The notes under the pieces were generated by a model. That model had not been told where the DNA came from. It did no database searches and saw nothing but the letters and a program-made list of their open reading frames with translations. This document shows, one piece after another, positions 12,437-25,305 of a stretch of DNA of 64,000 nucleotides. The stretch covers positions 6,262,001-6,326,000 of the forward strand of contig OU015569.1 of assembly GCA_907165135.1 (NCBI GenBank), in the 5' to 3' direction. A program made the translations under genes and the position numbers. The stretch comes from Oikopleura dioica (Eukaryota > Animalia > Chordata). Numbering within the stretch: the first letter of the stretch is position 1; the number at the start of each line of letters is the position of its first letter.

Positions 12437-13562
12437 TTACAAGTGAAAGCTCTTTGTGAAATCATATTCGATTGTAGGAATGACAGCCTGAATGAACTTG
12501 AGGAAGACCAAAATGTATTCATGGACTTCCAAAATGCGACCGCCTTCCTGAACTGTCTGGATAAGTTTTTTCATCACCTCGGCATGGCTTAACGAAAACA
12601 ATTGAAAAAATTAGAACGCTAGAAAGAGTCACTCACCGACAAGGGTGAACGGAGCATTGCTGCGAATTCAATGAAGAGTGTTGCTCGAAAGTGACTGTCT
12701 TGTTCGCGTGCTCTTGGCTTAAATCCTCGAAGATGTGGTCCTGTTTTAAGTTAGAAAATCAAGCTATCATACGAAGTGATATTTGTGTTTTCGAACTGTT
12801 CCTTTTTCAGCGGGAGGCCTTCTTCGTTGTATCCGGTGAGCCAGAGCCGCGGGGTCTGATAGTATTTGTCGTAAGTGATGCTCAAGTCGTATGTTCTCGT
12901 CTTTTTAATGCTGTCGTCCATTTTTTGTACGGGAACGACAAGGTCTTCATCCTCCAAGTTCATATCTTCCATGTCGAGAGCTTCATCGTCGGACTCATCG
13001 GAAACTACTTCTTCCGCCACTTCAACATTCTCTTCAACTTTCTCGGATCCGTGGTGAGTGTCCACCCATCCTAAATTTATTTTGCTGTAACAGTTGAATC
13101 AACAATTATTATAGCAACCTCCATCACCGTCTTCATCGTCGACTAGTTTTTCAAATGCGTTATTGTACTCGATATCTTTGCATCGGCGATGACAGGGCAC
13201 AGATTTCGTGATGAGAAATTGCTTTTCTTTTGGAAGATATGATTTCAACTTTTCTTTCTCGCCAGCAGCCCACTTCCAGGTTGGACAGGTTGAAACCAGG
13301 TGATCTCCAGCGAGAACAAATTCATCAGGAGTTAGGACACCCTACCAAATTGACTTTTAGAAAATAAATCTGAAAGCGATCAAACTTAGAATATCGCGGA
13401 TTTGAACCAAAATTATTTAGATAATAAATTTATAAATTTTTCGATAAAAATTCTGTGGCATACAGTTTCTCTAAATTTCGAAGTCTTCAACACAGGAGTA
13501 AGGCTCTCGGCAACATCCAATCCGACGGATTTGACAGAATTCCACGCATCTTGAAGTGACAT
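12437..13562 (-). CDS. ATG3: Autophagy E2-like enzyme ATG3
   Basis: [40 protein letters not shown]; [23 protein letters not shown]; catalytic SVHPC; [17 protein letters not shown]. Confidence 0.95.
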
Positions 13563-13865
13563 CTTTTTAAATTTTCAAAACGAGCAAATTCTTTCGGAAA
13601 TGGTCTTGTGTCCCTTTCTCTTCTTGCTATCGACGATGGTAGGTGTTTTTGTGAAGCTGGAAAGTCTTGCCAGACAGACGCTGGGATTTTGACAATTGTC
13701 GCGCTTTGAGTAGTAAATAGACGACGGCCATTGGCCCCGGGCGCGCCATTCCATCGCGCTATCCTCGCTCTTAATTAATTATCCCCAGCTCCGGATTAAT
13801 GGTTATAATTACTGTTAGAGACAGACAAACACGATGAATTTGATAGAAAATGTTGTTTTCTTAGA
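13563..13865. promoter_or_regulatory. Probable bidirectional promoter between divergent gene clusters
   Basis: ~300 nt between head-to-head ATG3 (minus) and CD225 gene (plus) starts; GC-rich core with ATTGG (CCAAT) and GGCGCGCC at ~13730-13747. Confidence 0.55.
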
Positions 13866-14343
13866 ATGGAGAAGGCGGAGAGCACAATTGTGCGATCCTA
13901 TCCTTCGAAAGAGCGCTGTCGACTAATGGACTCGCCCCGGGAACACTCAGAAAGAAGCTTCTTGCTTCCTATTCCCGGCCCTCGCTTTCCGGACAAGAAT
14001 TGTAAATTCCACTGCTAAATATAAATTCTCAATTGACTGAACCCATCTTCTAGCCACAATTTCGACGACTTATGCTTTGAAACGGGTGCAGCCCTACTTC
14101 GTGGCGGCGATTCTTGGAACGCTTCTCTTTCCAGCAGTCGGCATTTTCGCCATCGTCAACTCTGTGAAAGCAAAGTACGCCAAGTTAGATGAAGATTTCG
14201 ACGAAACGATGAAGTATTCGCGCAACTCCTACATTTTTGGACGGCTAGCAATATTCTTCGGGCTTATATTTTATCTCCTCCTTGTACTAGCTTGTCTATA
14301 CTTGCTCGGTCTCTGGAGCTTTGAAGAGGGCTCACAGCTTTAA
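13866..14343 (+). CDS. CD225/dispanin (PRRT/IFITM-like) membrane protein, 2 exons
   Basis: QPYFVAAILGTLLFPAVGIFAIVNSVKAKYAKLDEDFDETMKYSRNSYIFGRLAIFFG fits the CD225 pattern; GT-AG intron ~14002-14053 joins in frame. Confidence 0.7.
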
Positions 14344-14579
14344 TACTTGTTTCACCGTTTGCCGGTTATTTGAGCCTGATACAGATCGACCTCCCGCTGA
14401 ATGGTTTACTGCTGCAGATCCTATTTGTAACTTTACGAAAGAATCATAAAAAGGAAGAAAATTCACCTTCACTTGGAAGCTCAGCAACTGGCACTGTATT
14501 TATACACCCACTGCCCTTTACACAATGATAACCTCAATTAAGAAATATTCCCGTTAATTTCACTCTGCTTCTTTCAAGA

Positions 14580-16731
14580 ATGAGTGATCTGGAAAACTTC
14601 GACTTCGATACCATTTTCGACGATCACACGATTCGGGTAAAGAAGGAGTTCGTTGATGTAGCGTTTATTCTCGCCAAGAGGGCTGAGAATGAAAAGCGTC
14701 TTCGCGAGGATGAAGAACGAAGAAAAAAAGAAGCCGAATCAGCAGTTGTGGAGAACGGACAAAAGAGAGAGACGGAAGCAGCTTCAGAAGAAGAACCGCC
14801 AGATAAGCGCGCAAAGCCGAGTGGGAAGAAAGAACGCGGCCAGAATAAGAATCGTGGACAGCACTTCGAGGACAAGCCGGACGACAAGCAAAAAATCTGC
14901 CGCTCGTACATGAAGGGGCAATGCGAGTTCGGTGATGCGTGCAAATGGTCGCACGACGAAATGGCTATTTACAATAGCAGAGAGCCGGATTTAGGGCCCA
15001 TTCTAGGCATCAAATGTCCCACCTATGAAAAGTATGGCTTTTGCCACTACGGTATATCCTGTCGATTCTGTGATACTCACGTCACTCTCAAAGATGGCAA
15101 ACTCGAGAATTCGCCCCACCCGACGATTGAGCACCGGCGAATCGACTACTACGAATGCAACAGGGTCAACGGCGCGTTTCTTTCCATGCTGAGGTCCAAT
15201 CGCTACTCTTTTTCTAAAACTGTATCTTCTCTCAGAGAGGTACGACTTATTTCAATCCTTGTTATTGAACACACGTTGTAGCTTCCGAAGAACCTCCAGC
15301 CAAAACATATGGGTAAAACGATTCGAAAAGGTCGACATGGGCATTACGCGGCCGATGAAATACCAAAGGAATGTTACGCTTCGAAAAACGCGGAAAGACT
15401 TGGAGCAGTGGCAGATGGAGAAAAGAAAACTTTAGATTTTCGGGGCAAATCGTATTTAGCGCCGCTTACGACAGTGGGAAACATGCCTTTTCGCCGCGTA
15501 TGTAAAGACTATGGGGTTGATATAACATGTGGAGAAATGGCCACTTGCAAGAATCTAGTGATGGGAAAGATGTCAGAATGGGCGTTGGTACAAAGACATG
15601 TTTCCGAAGATTTTTTGGGGTTCAGATCGCTGGTGCATGGCCTGACGAGCTCTGCAAAGTGGCAGAACTTGTTGGAGAGTTCTGCGACGTGGATTTTATC
15701 GATATTAACTGTGGCTGTCCTCTTGACTTAATTTGCAACACGGGCGGAGGATGTCGATTGGGAAAGGCCCCAGATAAGCTTGCCGGCTGTATTTCTTCGA
15801 TGAAGGTAGCATCTGGTCTTCCTGTCACTTGCAAAATAAGAACGGGCTGGAAGCCAGAAGATGACATGGCACACAAACTAATCGCGAAGCTGAAAGAGGT
15901 CGGTTTAATTCGGTTCTGCCGTTCTTTGAATCAAACAGGCTTTCAGGCACAGCCAGCTCTTATAACACTGCACGGAAGATCAAGGATTTGCCGCTACACG
16001 GGCGTCGCGCGATGGGATTACATTAATAAGTGCTCTGATGTAGCAAAAGAAATCGATGTCCCATTTTTTGGAAACGGCGATGTTTTATCTTACAGCGACT
16101 ATGCAGAAGCGATCGAAAAATATGGAACCGACGGGGCAATGATAGGCCGTGGAGCCCTAATCAAGCCCTGGGTATTTGAAGAAATAAAAGAGCAGAAAGT
16201 GATGGACCCAAGTTCTTCTGAAAGACTTGAAATGTTAAAGGTTGACCCTTTTTATTAAAAGAATAATTTATCTCAAAAAGATTTATCTTCTGTAGAAATT
16301 TGTCAGATACGGACTCGAGCACTGGGGAACGGACCAACAAGGAATAGCAAACACGAGAAGATTTCTACTTGAATGGCTCTCGTTTTTGTGCCGTTATGTG
16401 CCGACTGGGATTATAGAGGGACAACCGCAGAAGATCAATCACCGTCCACCGCCTCTTGTGTGCCGAAGTAAGTATTCATACAAACAATTGTTTCTAGAGC
16501 GTGACTTGTTGATTTTTCCATCAGTCTGCAAGAATACATTTTCAAGAAATGTATCTTTGGAATTTTTCTGTTTGTTCGCTGTCTATTGGTAAATATTTAG
16601 ATGAGTTGGAGACATTGATGACATCTTCGGATTGCAACGATTGGATTAAGATCACCGAAATGCTACTTGGCCCTGTACCGAAAAGCTTTCGCTTTGTTCC
16701 TAAGCACAAAGCAAACGCTTATAAAAAATAG
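14580..16731 (+). CDS. DUS3L: tRNA-dihydrouridine(47) synthase DUS3L (apparent 1-nt frameshift at ~15611-15616)
   Basis: Two CCCH fingers; [15 protein letters not shown]; DINCGCP; ITLHGRSR; [13 protein letters not shown]; GLEHWGTD; [10 protein letters not shown]. Confidence 0.93.
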
Positions 16732-16863
16732 AGTTGAGAAAGTCTCCATCTGTTTTAAGTTTGTTCAGTCACCTCATCGCGCTGTGACTCAGCGCTTTTC
16801 GGAGCATTGAATTCCGAAACCGTAAACTTCTCAAAGTTGATTGAGTTATTTTTTTAGACTGAG

Positions 16864-17979
16864 ATGCCCGATATACAGCCTCAAAAAATAGGGTTGAAGT
16901 TCAAGCCTTTGTCTCTTATGGTCTTGTACGAGCTCGTCACAGATGTCAAGACCACAAGATGTCGTAAGATCCCACTACAGGTAAGTCACAGATAGATATC
17001 CCTCGCTCAATTGAATGACTTATTCAAGGCTCGAGGTAAAAGCGCGCTTCAAGTAATGGAAGAACTGTTAGCGCGTCCAAGTCACATTACGCTGCTTTCA
17101 GCCATCCCAAAAAAGAAGCTTCTCTCTGTGATAAATCGGATTCCGAACATCCAGAAGAGCGAATGTCCAGCTTTATTCGATGATGAAATCAAAGAAAATG
17201 AACAGTCTGAGCCTGCTGCCGAGCCTCTGGCGCGAGCACTCGTCCGAGCTCCAAGTCGAGCTAGCCAACAAGTCATGGAAGCACTTCTCAATTCCGACAC
17301 TGATGATGATGACTCTAACAAAACTGGCAAAAGCGCGAGTGATAAAGAAAACACAGCTGAGCAAAAAGAAGCCACCAAGACAGACGAAGAGAAGAGCGCG
17401 AAAGAAAGCTCGCCCGAGCCTTCCTATACCGATCCCAGTGAATCCATCTCGGAGAACATCAGCGAAAAAGAAGACTCTTCCTTCTCCTTGAAGAATGATT
17501 CCGAGTCAAAAGATCCTTTTTCTGAGAAGGCCGACGAAAGTGATGATGACATTTTCAACACTTTGAAAAGTATCGATGCGAGCGGCAAAAAGAAAAATAG
17601 CAACATCCCGATCTTCAGCGACGTTGACAGTGACAGTGAATCAGATGCAACTGACTCGGATGACAGCTTCATGCGAAACTTGAACCAGGCAAAAGCGCAC
17701 CAGGAAAACCGATCGAGCACACCGTCCAATGTTTCGGAAGTAAACAGCATTTTGAATGTAAGTTCCCAAATAACCTGAGCTCGCTTAATAAGTTTGTCCT
17801 AGGAAGAAAAAAACCTAAATATTCTATCCGACAACGAGCTAGAAAACGTAAAGAAGACCATGGACGTTAACTTCCACAAGAATCAATTGACCAAAGACGA
17901 TGCAGATTTCAAATACGACACACGCGAAGTGTTCAACCCAACCGTTCCTTCGGGCTGGGACTCGGACGACTCTTTCTGA
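16864..17979 (+). CDS. CEP19: Centrosomal protein CEP19-like with long acidic insertion
   Basis: N-terminus PQKIGLKFKPLSLMVLYE...RCRKIPL; C-terminal exon NLNILSDNELENVKKTMDVNFHKNQLTKDDADFKYD...SGWDSDDSF* matches the CEP19 C-terminal motif. Confidence 0.8.
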
Positions 17980-18106
17980 TTTATTTTATTTTTTTATCAT
18001 TTATCTGCCACCTTAGCATTTGCAGCAACACCTCAATTTTATTTTTGTATTTAATTGGATTGTCTATTTTTAAATAGCGTAGTTTTTTCAATCGTTCTTT
18101 TAGAAG

Positions 18107-18816
18107 ATGATAGTCGGAGTCGCCTTTTGTCTGGTCTTGTCTGTTCAGGCAAAAAAAGACATGCAGTTCTACTGCGAAGTCTGCACAGCGTTAGTAGAAG
18201 AGTCTCACTGGAAAGTTTCAAATGTGGGTAAGAATAGCACTCTTCTCAGCAGTCTAAGTTAACTTCCTTTTTAAGATCCAAAGAAAACGATCGACACTGG
18301 ATCTGGCCGCGTTGATCCCAATGGACAGATGAAAGAGAAAAAGAAGCAATGGCGACTTTCTGAGACTCATCTCACAGAGGTAAGAAGAATACGAGCCTGT
18401 CAAATAAACTGACTTTGCTTTTAGGTTTTTGAGACCGTCTGTCGAAACATTGCCGACGACTATGTAATTGAAAACGGTGATAACGGAGAAAAGTACGTCA
18501 AGCGAATGATGACATTTGACGGAGCCATGAATACTGACATCGATTTTCAAAAGCTGGTTGCTGACAAGGAGGAGACGCCGGATAAATCGCCATCGCATGA
18601 CCCACTCAAGATCAGATGGACTTGCGAAAACATTCTCGAAGAGGTGATACAACGGCCATAGATGCTGGATGAACTGAATGATTTTAGGTCGAAGAAGATC
18701 TCATTGAAGCTTTCCAAACGTTCGCAATTCCAGAAGATGAAATGGAAGACGACGAAATGACCGAGTTTGTTTGTGGTGAAGTTTACGGCTGCGACGCTGT
18801 ACATGATGAGCTTTGA
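18107..18816 (+). CDS. CNPY2: Canopy (CNPY1/2-like) saposin-fold ER protein; absent from ORF track
   Basis: Signal peptide MIVGVAFCLVLSVQA; CEVCTALVEE; DPKKTIDTGSGRVDPNG; SETHLTEVFETVC; WTCENILEE; C-terminal ER retention signal HDEL*. Confidence 0.85.
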
Positions 18817-18931
18817 AAAGTGTTCTTCTTTAGTCTTATTTCTGTTCAACCTAAAATGCCTTGAACCGTGCAATATTATTATCATCAATTCAATTTTTTC
18901 AAGCGAATAAACATTTCTGACCTAAGACAAC

Positions 18932-21066
18932 ATGTCGGGGAACATTTTAATCCAGCAGAAGCAATCGTTGATGATTAAGGAAAGATATTAGAACCACATT
19001 CACTAAGCTAGTAGACTAAGCTACAATAATTTTTGCGTATTGGCTAAATTGATCGAGTGAGTTAATCTTGACAAGCGCATGCTCTCCGGCGACACTACGG
19101 CATCTTCCGACGATTTAATGATAGGCGACTGGAAGGTGCTAATTTACGATCGAGCTGGGAGAGACATCCTCTTGCCATTGTTCTCCGTCGCGCAGCTGAG
19201 GAATCTCGGTATCACGGTAAGTGAGTTTAGCTGCTCTATTCTTTTGGAAGTAAACATTGATCAGTTGCATCTGCTGCTTCATTCTGATCGAGAGCCAATT
19301 CCAGACTCGCCGGCAATTTACTTCGTGAACCCCACTCCCGAAAATCTTCAGCGCATCTCCCGAGACTTAAAAGACGCCCTCTACGAAAGCTTTGAATTGA
19401 ACTTCATTTCTCCGATCAAGAGAGACAAGCTCGAAGATCTTGCCCAGGCATCGCTGTCTTCTGACTCCGCTCACCTCATCTCAAAAATATACGATCAATA
19501 CACGAATTTCGTCTCGTTAGAAAATAAATTGTTTATTCTCAGACACCAGCAACGCGATGCCATGTGCTATTATAACTTGAACAGGAATACGATCACAGAC
19601 TCCGAAATAAATGCTGCAACTGATCAAATCGTCGACGGGTGAGTTTTATTCTCCTTCTGTATAACTTACTTTCGTTAAGGCTCTTCTCTATGCTTGTTAG
19701 CGTAGGCATGGTTCCCTTCATTAGGGCGCAGTGTGGAGGAATCGCCGAATTCGTGGCTCAAAAGCTCGATCAAAAAGTGCGCGATAACTTACGCGACTCA
19801 AGGAACTCGCTTTTCCAGCAAGATACGGGCGCGTTGACTTTTAATCGACCACTGTTATTGCTTCTTGACAGGAATTTCGATCTGGCAACACCACTTGCTC
19901 ATTCTTGGACATATCAGGTGCACATTAGATTTATTTTTAGTTAGTCTAAATTTGTTTATAGGCGCTCATTCATGATGTTCTTGAAACTGGATTAAATTCG
20001 GTGATGCTCAATTCCGAGGACAACAAAAAGTCATCGTACGATTTGTCAGAAATGGACAGTTTCTGGATGGAACACCGTCTTCTTCCAATCATCCCCAACG
20101 TGGCTGAAGCTATTCACAAAGAGACTGAAGCGTGCACTCGTGAAGAAAGCAAAGTCAAAGACTTGAAAAAGGGGATGGACTCGGACAACGTCGATCTTCA
20201 AGACTCAACGAACAAGTTAACAAGCGCGATCGAGAGCCTGCCCCAGATTTTGGAGCGGAAGAGGAGAGCTAATGCTCATACGACTATCGCAACAAGTATA
20301 CTTGACCAGCTCAAGTTGCGTGGACTGCAAGCACTTCACCAGGCGGAAGACAAGATTCGCCATGGAGGACGACCAGATAGAACTATTCTCGAGATGCTCA
20401 AGGACGAGACGATCGGCGAACCTGACGGGGCAGATAAGCTACGACTTCTTCTTGTCTATTTACTTTCAAACGAGTCTGTTACCGAAAGCATCGACTCATT
20501 GGAGAGCCCTTTGAAAGAAGCTGGCATTGACTCTGCGGCTGTATCCTACATCAGAAAACTCCAAGTTGGCATTAGCAACTCAAAAAATGAGTCAAAATCT
20601 GGCTGGGGAAACAAGGCTTTTAACCTTGCTAGTACCTTTCATAAAGTAATAGAAGTCGTCAATTCATTAGCGCGTAACAATTTATTCAGAATATAATTGG
20701 GAGCAAAAATCAAGTGAAAGTGACGCGAGCGCTCGATCAAATTCTAACATCAGAAGCTGACGAGTATCGCTACTTCGATCCAAAGATCATGCGACCGACA
20801 GACTCTATGCCCAAGTCTAAACAGCCTATCTCACAAGCGATTGTTTTCATGATCGGCGGCGGCTCTTATATTGGTAACTCTGAAAACTATTATTGTTTGC
20901 TTAAGCGCAATTTTTAGAATACCAAAACCTTATGGAATATGAAGAGTCGAGGCAACAAGACAGACTCGGCGGACAGAAGATTTCAGTTATATACGGCGCT
21001 ACGGAAATGCCTACGCCCAACGATTTCCTCAAATATCTGACGAAACTTGGAAACGAATCTATATGA
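18932..21066 (+). CDS. SCFD1: Sec1-family protein SLY1/SCFD1
   Basis: [91 protein letters not shown]. Confidence 0.95.
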
Positions 21067-21694
21067 GCAGTTCTATCGTAAATTCTATTTTACCTTTTCA
21101 ATTACAAAGCTGCGCGTTTTGTTAACTCGCGGGAGCTTAACTTAGACTACTTTTTTCATTTAACCTGCGCAAGCTCGGCAAAATTCCTTTCCATATCCTA
21201 TTAAAAACTTTATACTGGGGTAAGTGCATTTCACTCTTTAGTTCAATCTAACTTCTGTTCCAGCATTCAAATAAATACTGAAAATATTTAATACGTTTGC
21301 GCAATTACGCGAAAATGTATTCTTTAGCAAGAGCTACGGTACTCCGCATTGATATTGATCAGTTGCCCAAACCGGTTCTGTAAAATCACGAAACAAAAGC
21401 GTGAAAAACACCGGCAACGAAAAATATTTTTCGCAGGCATTTTCATTCCCATTTTCGGTGAAGATGAGTGCGACAAGGAAAGTTTTTTTTTAGACATTAC
21501 CATTTCAATGTAGTTCTAAGACAGTAGAGAAGCCGATTCTCGGCTTTATTTTTTAGAAGCCGCTACGTGGCTTTTTGTTAAAAATCTTTCAAACCCTGAC
21601 ATAGGTTTTCAAAAGAGATTGCTGTGCCTAGTTTAGTAGTCTTCCATGTCTTCGATGATAACCCGAACCCAACTAACTTATTCTTCTTTTTAGA

Positions 21695-23131
21695 ATGAGT
21701 AGCGAGTCAGATGTCGCAAAGCTTCGCGATATCATCGCGAAGTTGGAGCGCGACAATCAAAAGCTCCATACGAAGCTGACGGCGAACAACATTGCGGTGA
21801 CGCCTGAATCCTCGAAAAAATTGGCGCAGCGAGCATCGTCTTCTGAAGAGCCCATAAAAATTAATCGTAAGCATCACTTTATTGAAAATCAATTGATTCT
21901 TTCCAATCAAGTCGCGGATTCGTCGCTAAAAACAGCTTCCTCGAATGATCAGAATCAAATTCCAGATTTAGTGGATTGTGTCCCGAAATCAGCTGCTGAC
22001 TTGGATCTTGGAAGGTAATATTAGCGTCTTTTCGAATTAATTAATCAAACTATCCCTTTTTCTTACATTATCTTTTCAGTTCTAGCGAGGAAGAGCCAGA
22101 ATCCGATGACAGCGGGCCCATAGGCAAAGGGGGATGGATCAAACCCCCTAAGCTCGAGCACAAGCCAGACTGGCAAGCGATTTTAACTCGTTTTACTCTG
22201 ATGCCCGGTGGCTGGCAGGATCAAATGCATAAGATGATGTCGGACGGGTAAGAACTTGCAATTTTTACGTTTAACTTATTTGCTCTGATTAGAACATGGC
22301 CGGAGGAAAAGGCTCCGGAAATCAAACGGAAACCAACTGTTCCTCTTCCAAACTTCGAATTGAATCGAAGGACGATCCACACCGTCGAAAATGGGACCTC
22401 TCAAATTCGTTCAAGGTCTCCGCCGCCCCAAGTCGAGCTAACGAGACCGAGCCAAACGAAGCTACGAGAAGAGCGAGCTCGAAGTATTAGTCCACGGCGC
22501 AAGTAAGTTCCCGATCAATTTCTCTTAGAACAGCTATTTAACATGCAAATTATCAGCGTCTCTACCCGTCAGGTCAGTCCTGGGCGAACTAATAGTCCGA
22601 GAAGGTCGTCACCCAGACGTGCCAGTCCTCGCCGAGATGTTGGTGAGTTCCGAACTCCACGCCGAGACAGTCCTAGCCGTGCTCTGCCGGAAAACAGAAT
22701 CCAGAGCACCCCGAAGATGCCTCAACCAGAAATGCTGATTCTTCCTCCTGTAAGTTTTTTCATTTTGGAATTGAACACCTTTTATTTTGATTTTAAAGAA
22801 CGGCGGAGGCGATAACTTCGGCACGATTGTAAAGGGCAAAATAAATCTTCCTTCGATCTCTGCTTCGCCGATACAGGTACAACTGACGCCTGGACTTGAT
22901 CGCACGAGGACGCTGACTAAAAATCATGACGCGACCGTCGATCTCGGCAAGATTGATCCTGGCCCTTCGGACAGAACCTTTACGATCGGACAAAACGAAG
23001 AGCCCGTGAAGCCAGTGAAGCCGGCGGTGAAGACAGGTGTTCCTCGCCCATCTGGATTGCCGCGAATGACCGGCCGATCGCGAATAGCCAGGCCTTCAAG
23101 GATTGCTCGACCCGTCACGAAGAAGTCTTGA
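21695..23131 (+). CDS. SLAIN-like microtubule plus-end protein (multi-exon)
   Basis: N-terminal coiled coil DVAKLRDIIAKLERDNQKL resembles SLAIN; Ser/Pro/Arg-rich body; C-terminal SxIP-like motifs (TGVP, SGLP, SRIA). Confidence 0.5.
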
Positions 23132-23229
23132 GCATTTTTTGCATGAGACTCCTTCTTGTCACCATCTCACATTATTACTTCACCAATGTCCGTTCGAACG
23201 GGAGATTGTTTGAGCTATTCATGTGAATA
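23095..23229 (+). repeat. 135-bp segment A, copied at 25374-25508
   Basis: Direct sequence identity with 25374-25508 (TTCAAGGATTGCTCGACC...ATGTGAATA). Confidence 0.95.
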
Positions 23230-23599
23230 GCTTTTTCAATTTCTCGTAATTCACAGTCACGTACAAGTGTAAATTTTCCTTTTTCCAGAGTTCAGTTGTA
23301 TTAAAAGATCCTATCACGCTGAATTTCGTCCTGTAAATCTAATCAATTTCGTTCGCTAAAAAACTCTGACAAACCTCAGCGCGATAGGAACTTACTAATA
23401 ATTTTCACTACTAATAATAAGTAACTTATAATAATACTCACTTAGATCATTCCAACTGCCTCACGTTTCTTAAGAGTTTACTAAAGAATATCACCTAATA
23501 AATCCGAGCTTCAGCATCTTATACAGTATCTTGTCTTGAAAACAGGTCTTCAAATCAAAGTCGACCGTTTTATTTTTGTCGTCTTATTATTGCAGGAAA

Positions 23600-24845
23600 T
23601 ACATAATGTATGCAATTTGCAGTTATTTCAGGGTAATTTTGAGAGGTCATTTACGGGGACAGGATGTTGAAAGATCCATAGCGGAAAAGCTCATCAAATT
23701 TGCACAGGGCAATATGTTAACCTCGGAAGACAATACTAATACAGTCAGTGAGTTTCGGATTGAAGACGCTAATCTCTCGCGCTAGTAGAGAAAATAATTG
23801 GCGCTAGGCAAACACTCGAGCCAGAATGCAGAACAATGGAAAGTTGGGTAGAAGTCCTGTTTTTCACTTTTCCATTCTGAGAATTTTCTCCTTTTCAAGT
23901 TCACTTTCCAAAGAACAACCAAAACATACACGGCTGCCTTGATTGCCAACGAAATCATGTGTGCGATGAGGGTTAACCCAGTAAGTTCAACTCGCGATAT
24001 GATTTGTAAAAAACGTTTTGAGAATGTCATAAGACATGCAGAGAGTCAAGTGGAATATTTTAAAGACAGAGTTTTGCCTATAAGAAAATTAAACAGAAGC
24101 TACGACAGAAGAAACCGATCATTTGGAGGTATAGTAGACGTTATACAGACCTGGTTACCCTTCGATAGACTCAGTCGTGGACAAATCGAAGACCAGATCA
24201 GACGAATATATCAAACTATTACTAGTTTTATCAGTTTAACAATCGTAAAATTAACGTGTACATAGACCTTATCGACAAGTTGAGCAGTGCATCACGCCGG
24301 AAGTTTGATTTCGAGCAAACACGTCTCCAAGAGAACATCAAAACTATCAAGTATTCAAGGAAGCATAATTCCATCTTCAAAAAGCTGCACACACCAGATG
24401 CACTTAAAATTGCAAACAGGGACGCTTATCAAGGAACAGGGCGAATTTCTTTATTTTTCAATTGTATTTCGAAATCTGAAATTCAGATGATCTAATAAAG
24501 ATCATCGACTTTTTATTTCTATTCGATCCCTTGATAGAATTGGAAAAGGTGGATCCCAAGGGGACTCTATGGAAAGCTGAGAGTTTTGAAAATATCTATG
24601 GATATAAAAGGCCAATCGGACGTTCCCCGGAAGCTTATCAGGTATTATACTAAACCTTGAAATTCTTATCAAGCAAAAATTTAAAGCTGTTATCGAAAAT
24701 CGAGAAAGAGTCTTCCCCCGATCAAATTCTAGCAAAAAGGATCCAAGAAGAAAAAGAGCGCCAAGAACAAGTTACAAGAGAAACATTGAATAGGTTTTCT
24801 TCTTCTATTTTTTTGATACCGCGATTGGCATTTCTGACTGACTGA
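23600..24845 (+). other. Fragmented ORFs of unknown identity (possible orphan multi-exon gene or degenerate sequence)
   Basis: Co-oriented ORF pieces 23576-23785, 23939-24265, 24256-24495, 24657-24845; no recognisable domain. Confidence 0.3.
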
Positions 24846-25305
24846 TTCTGATTTTCGAGTGAAATAGCTAATCAACCAATTAAAATTTGACTCTAGTGTC
24901 TCTTCTTTGAGAGTTCCGTCAAACCAGTGACGCCTACGCAATCTACGTTACAAATCTCCTATGTTTTTAGCATGGAGAATTGTAACGTCAATGTGCATCT
25001 TTCAAAAATCAGTCAGTCAGGACTGCCAATCGCGGTAATTCTTTGTTTTTTAGGGATGCTTCATTTCTCCGTCGCGAGGTTGCCGACTTTTCAAGAATGA
25101 ACATGAGTTGCAAAAGTGCAAAAAGACGAAAGGTAAAAGTCGAAATCACAGAAGAGACTAACAAACTTGAGAAGTTGCGGGCGGTAAAAAGAAATGAACA
25201 GATGCCTACGTTCTTCAATGATTTTCCGAGGTCAGAAACACAGCGCGAAATAAAAGTCACTTTTAAAAGACGTGATAATTTACGGTAGTTTTTCCCGTTA
25301 CTTTA

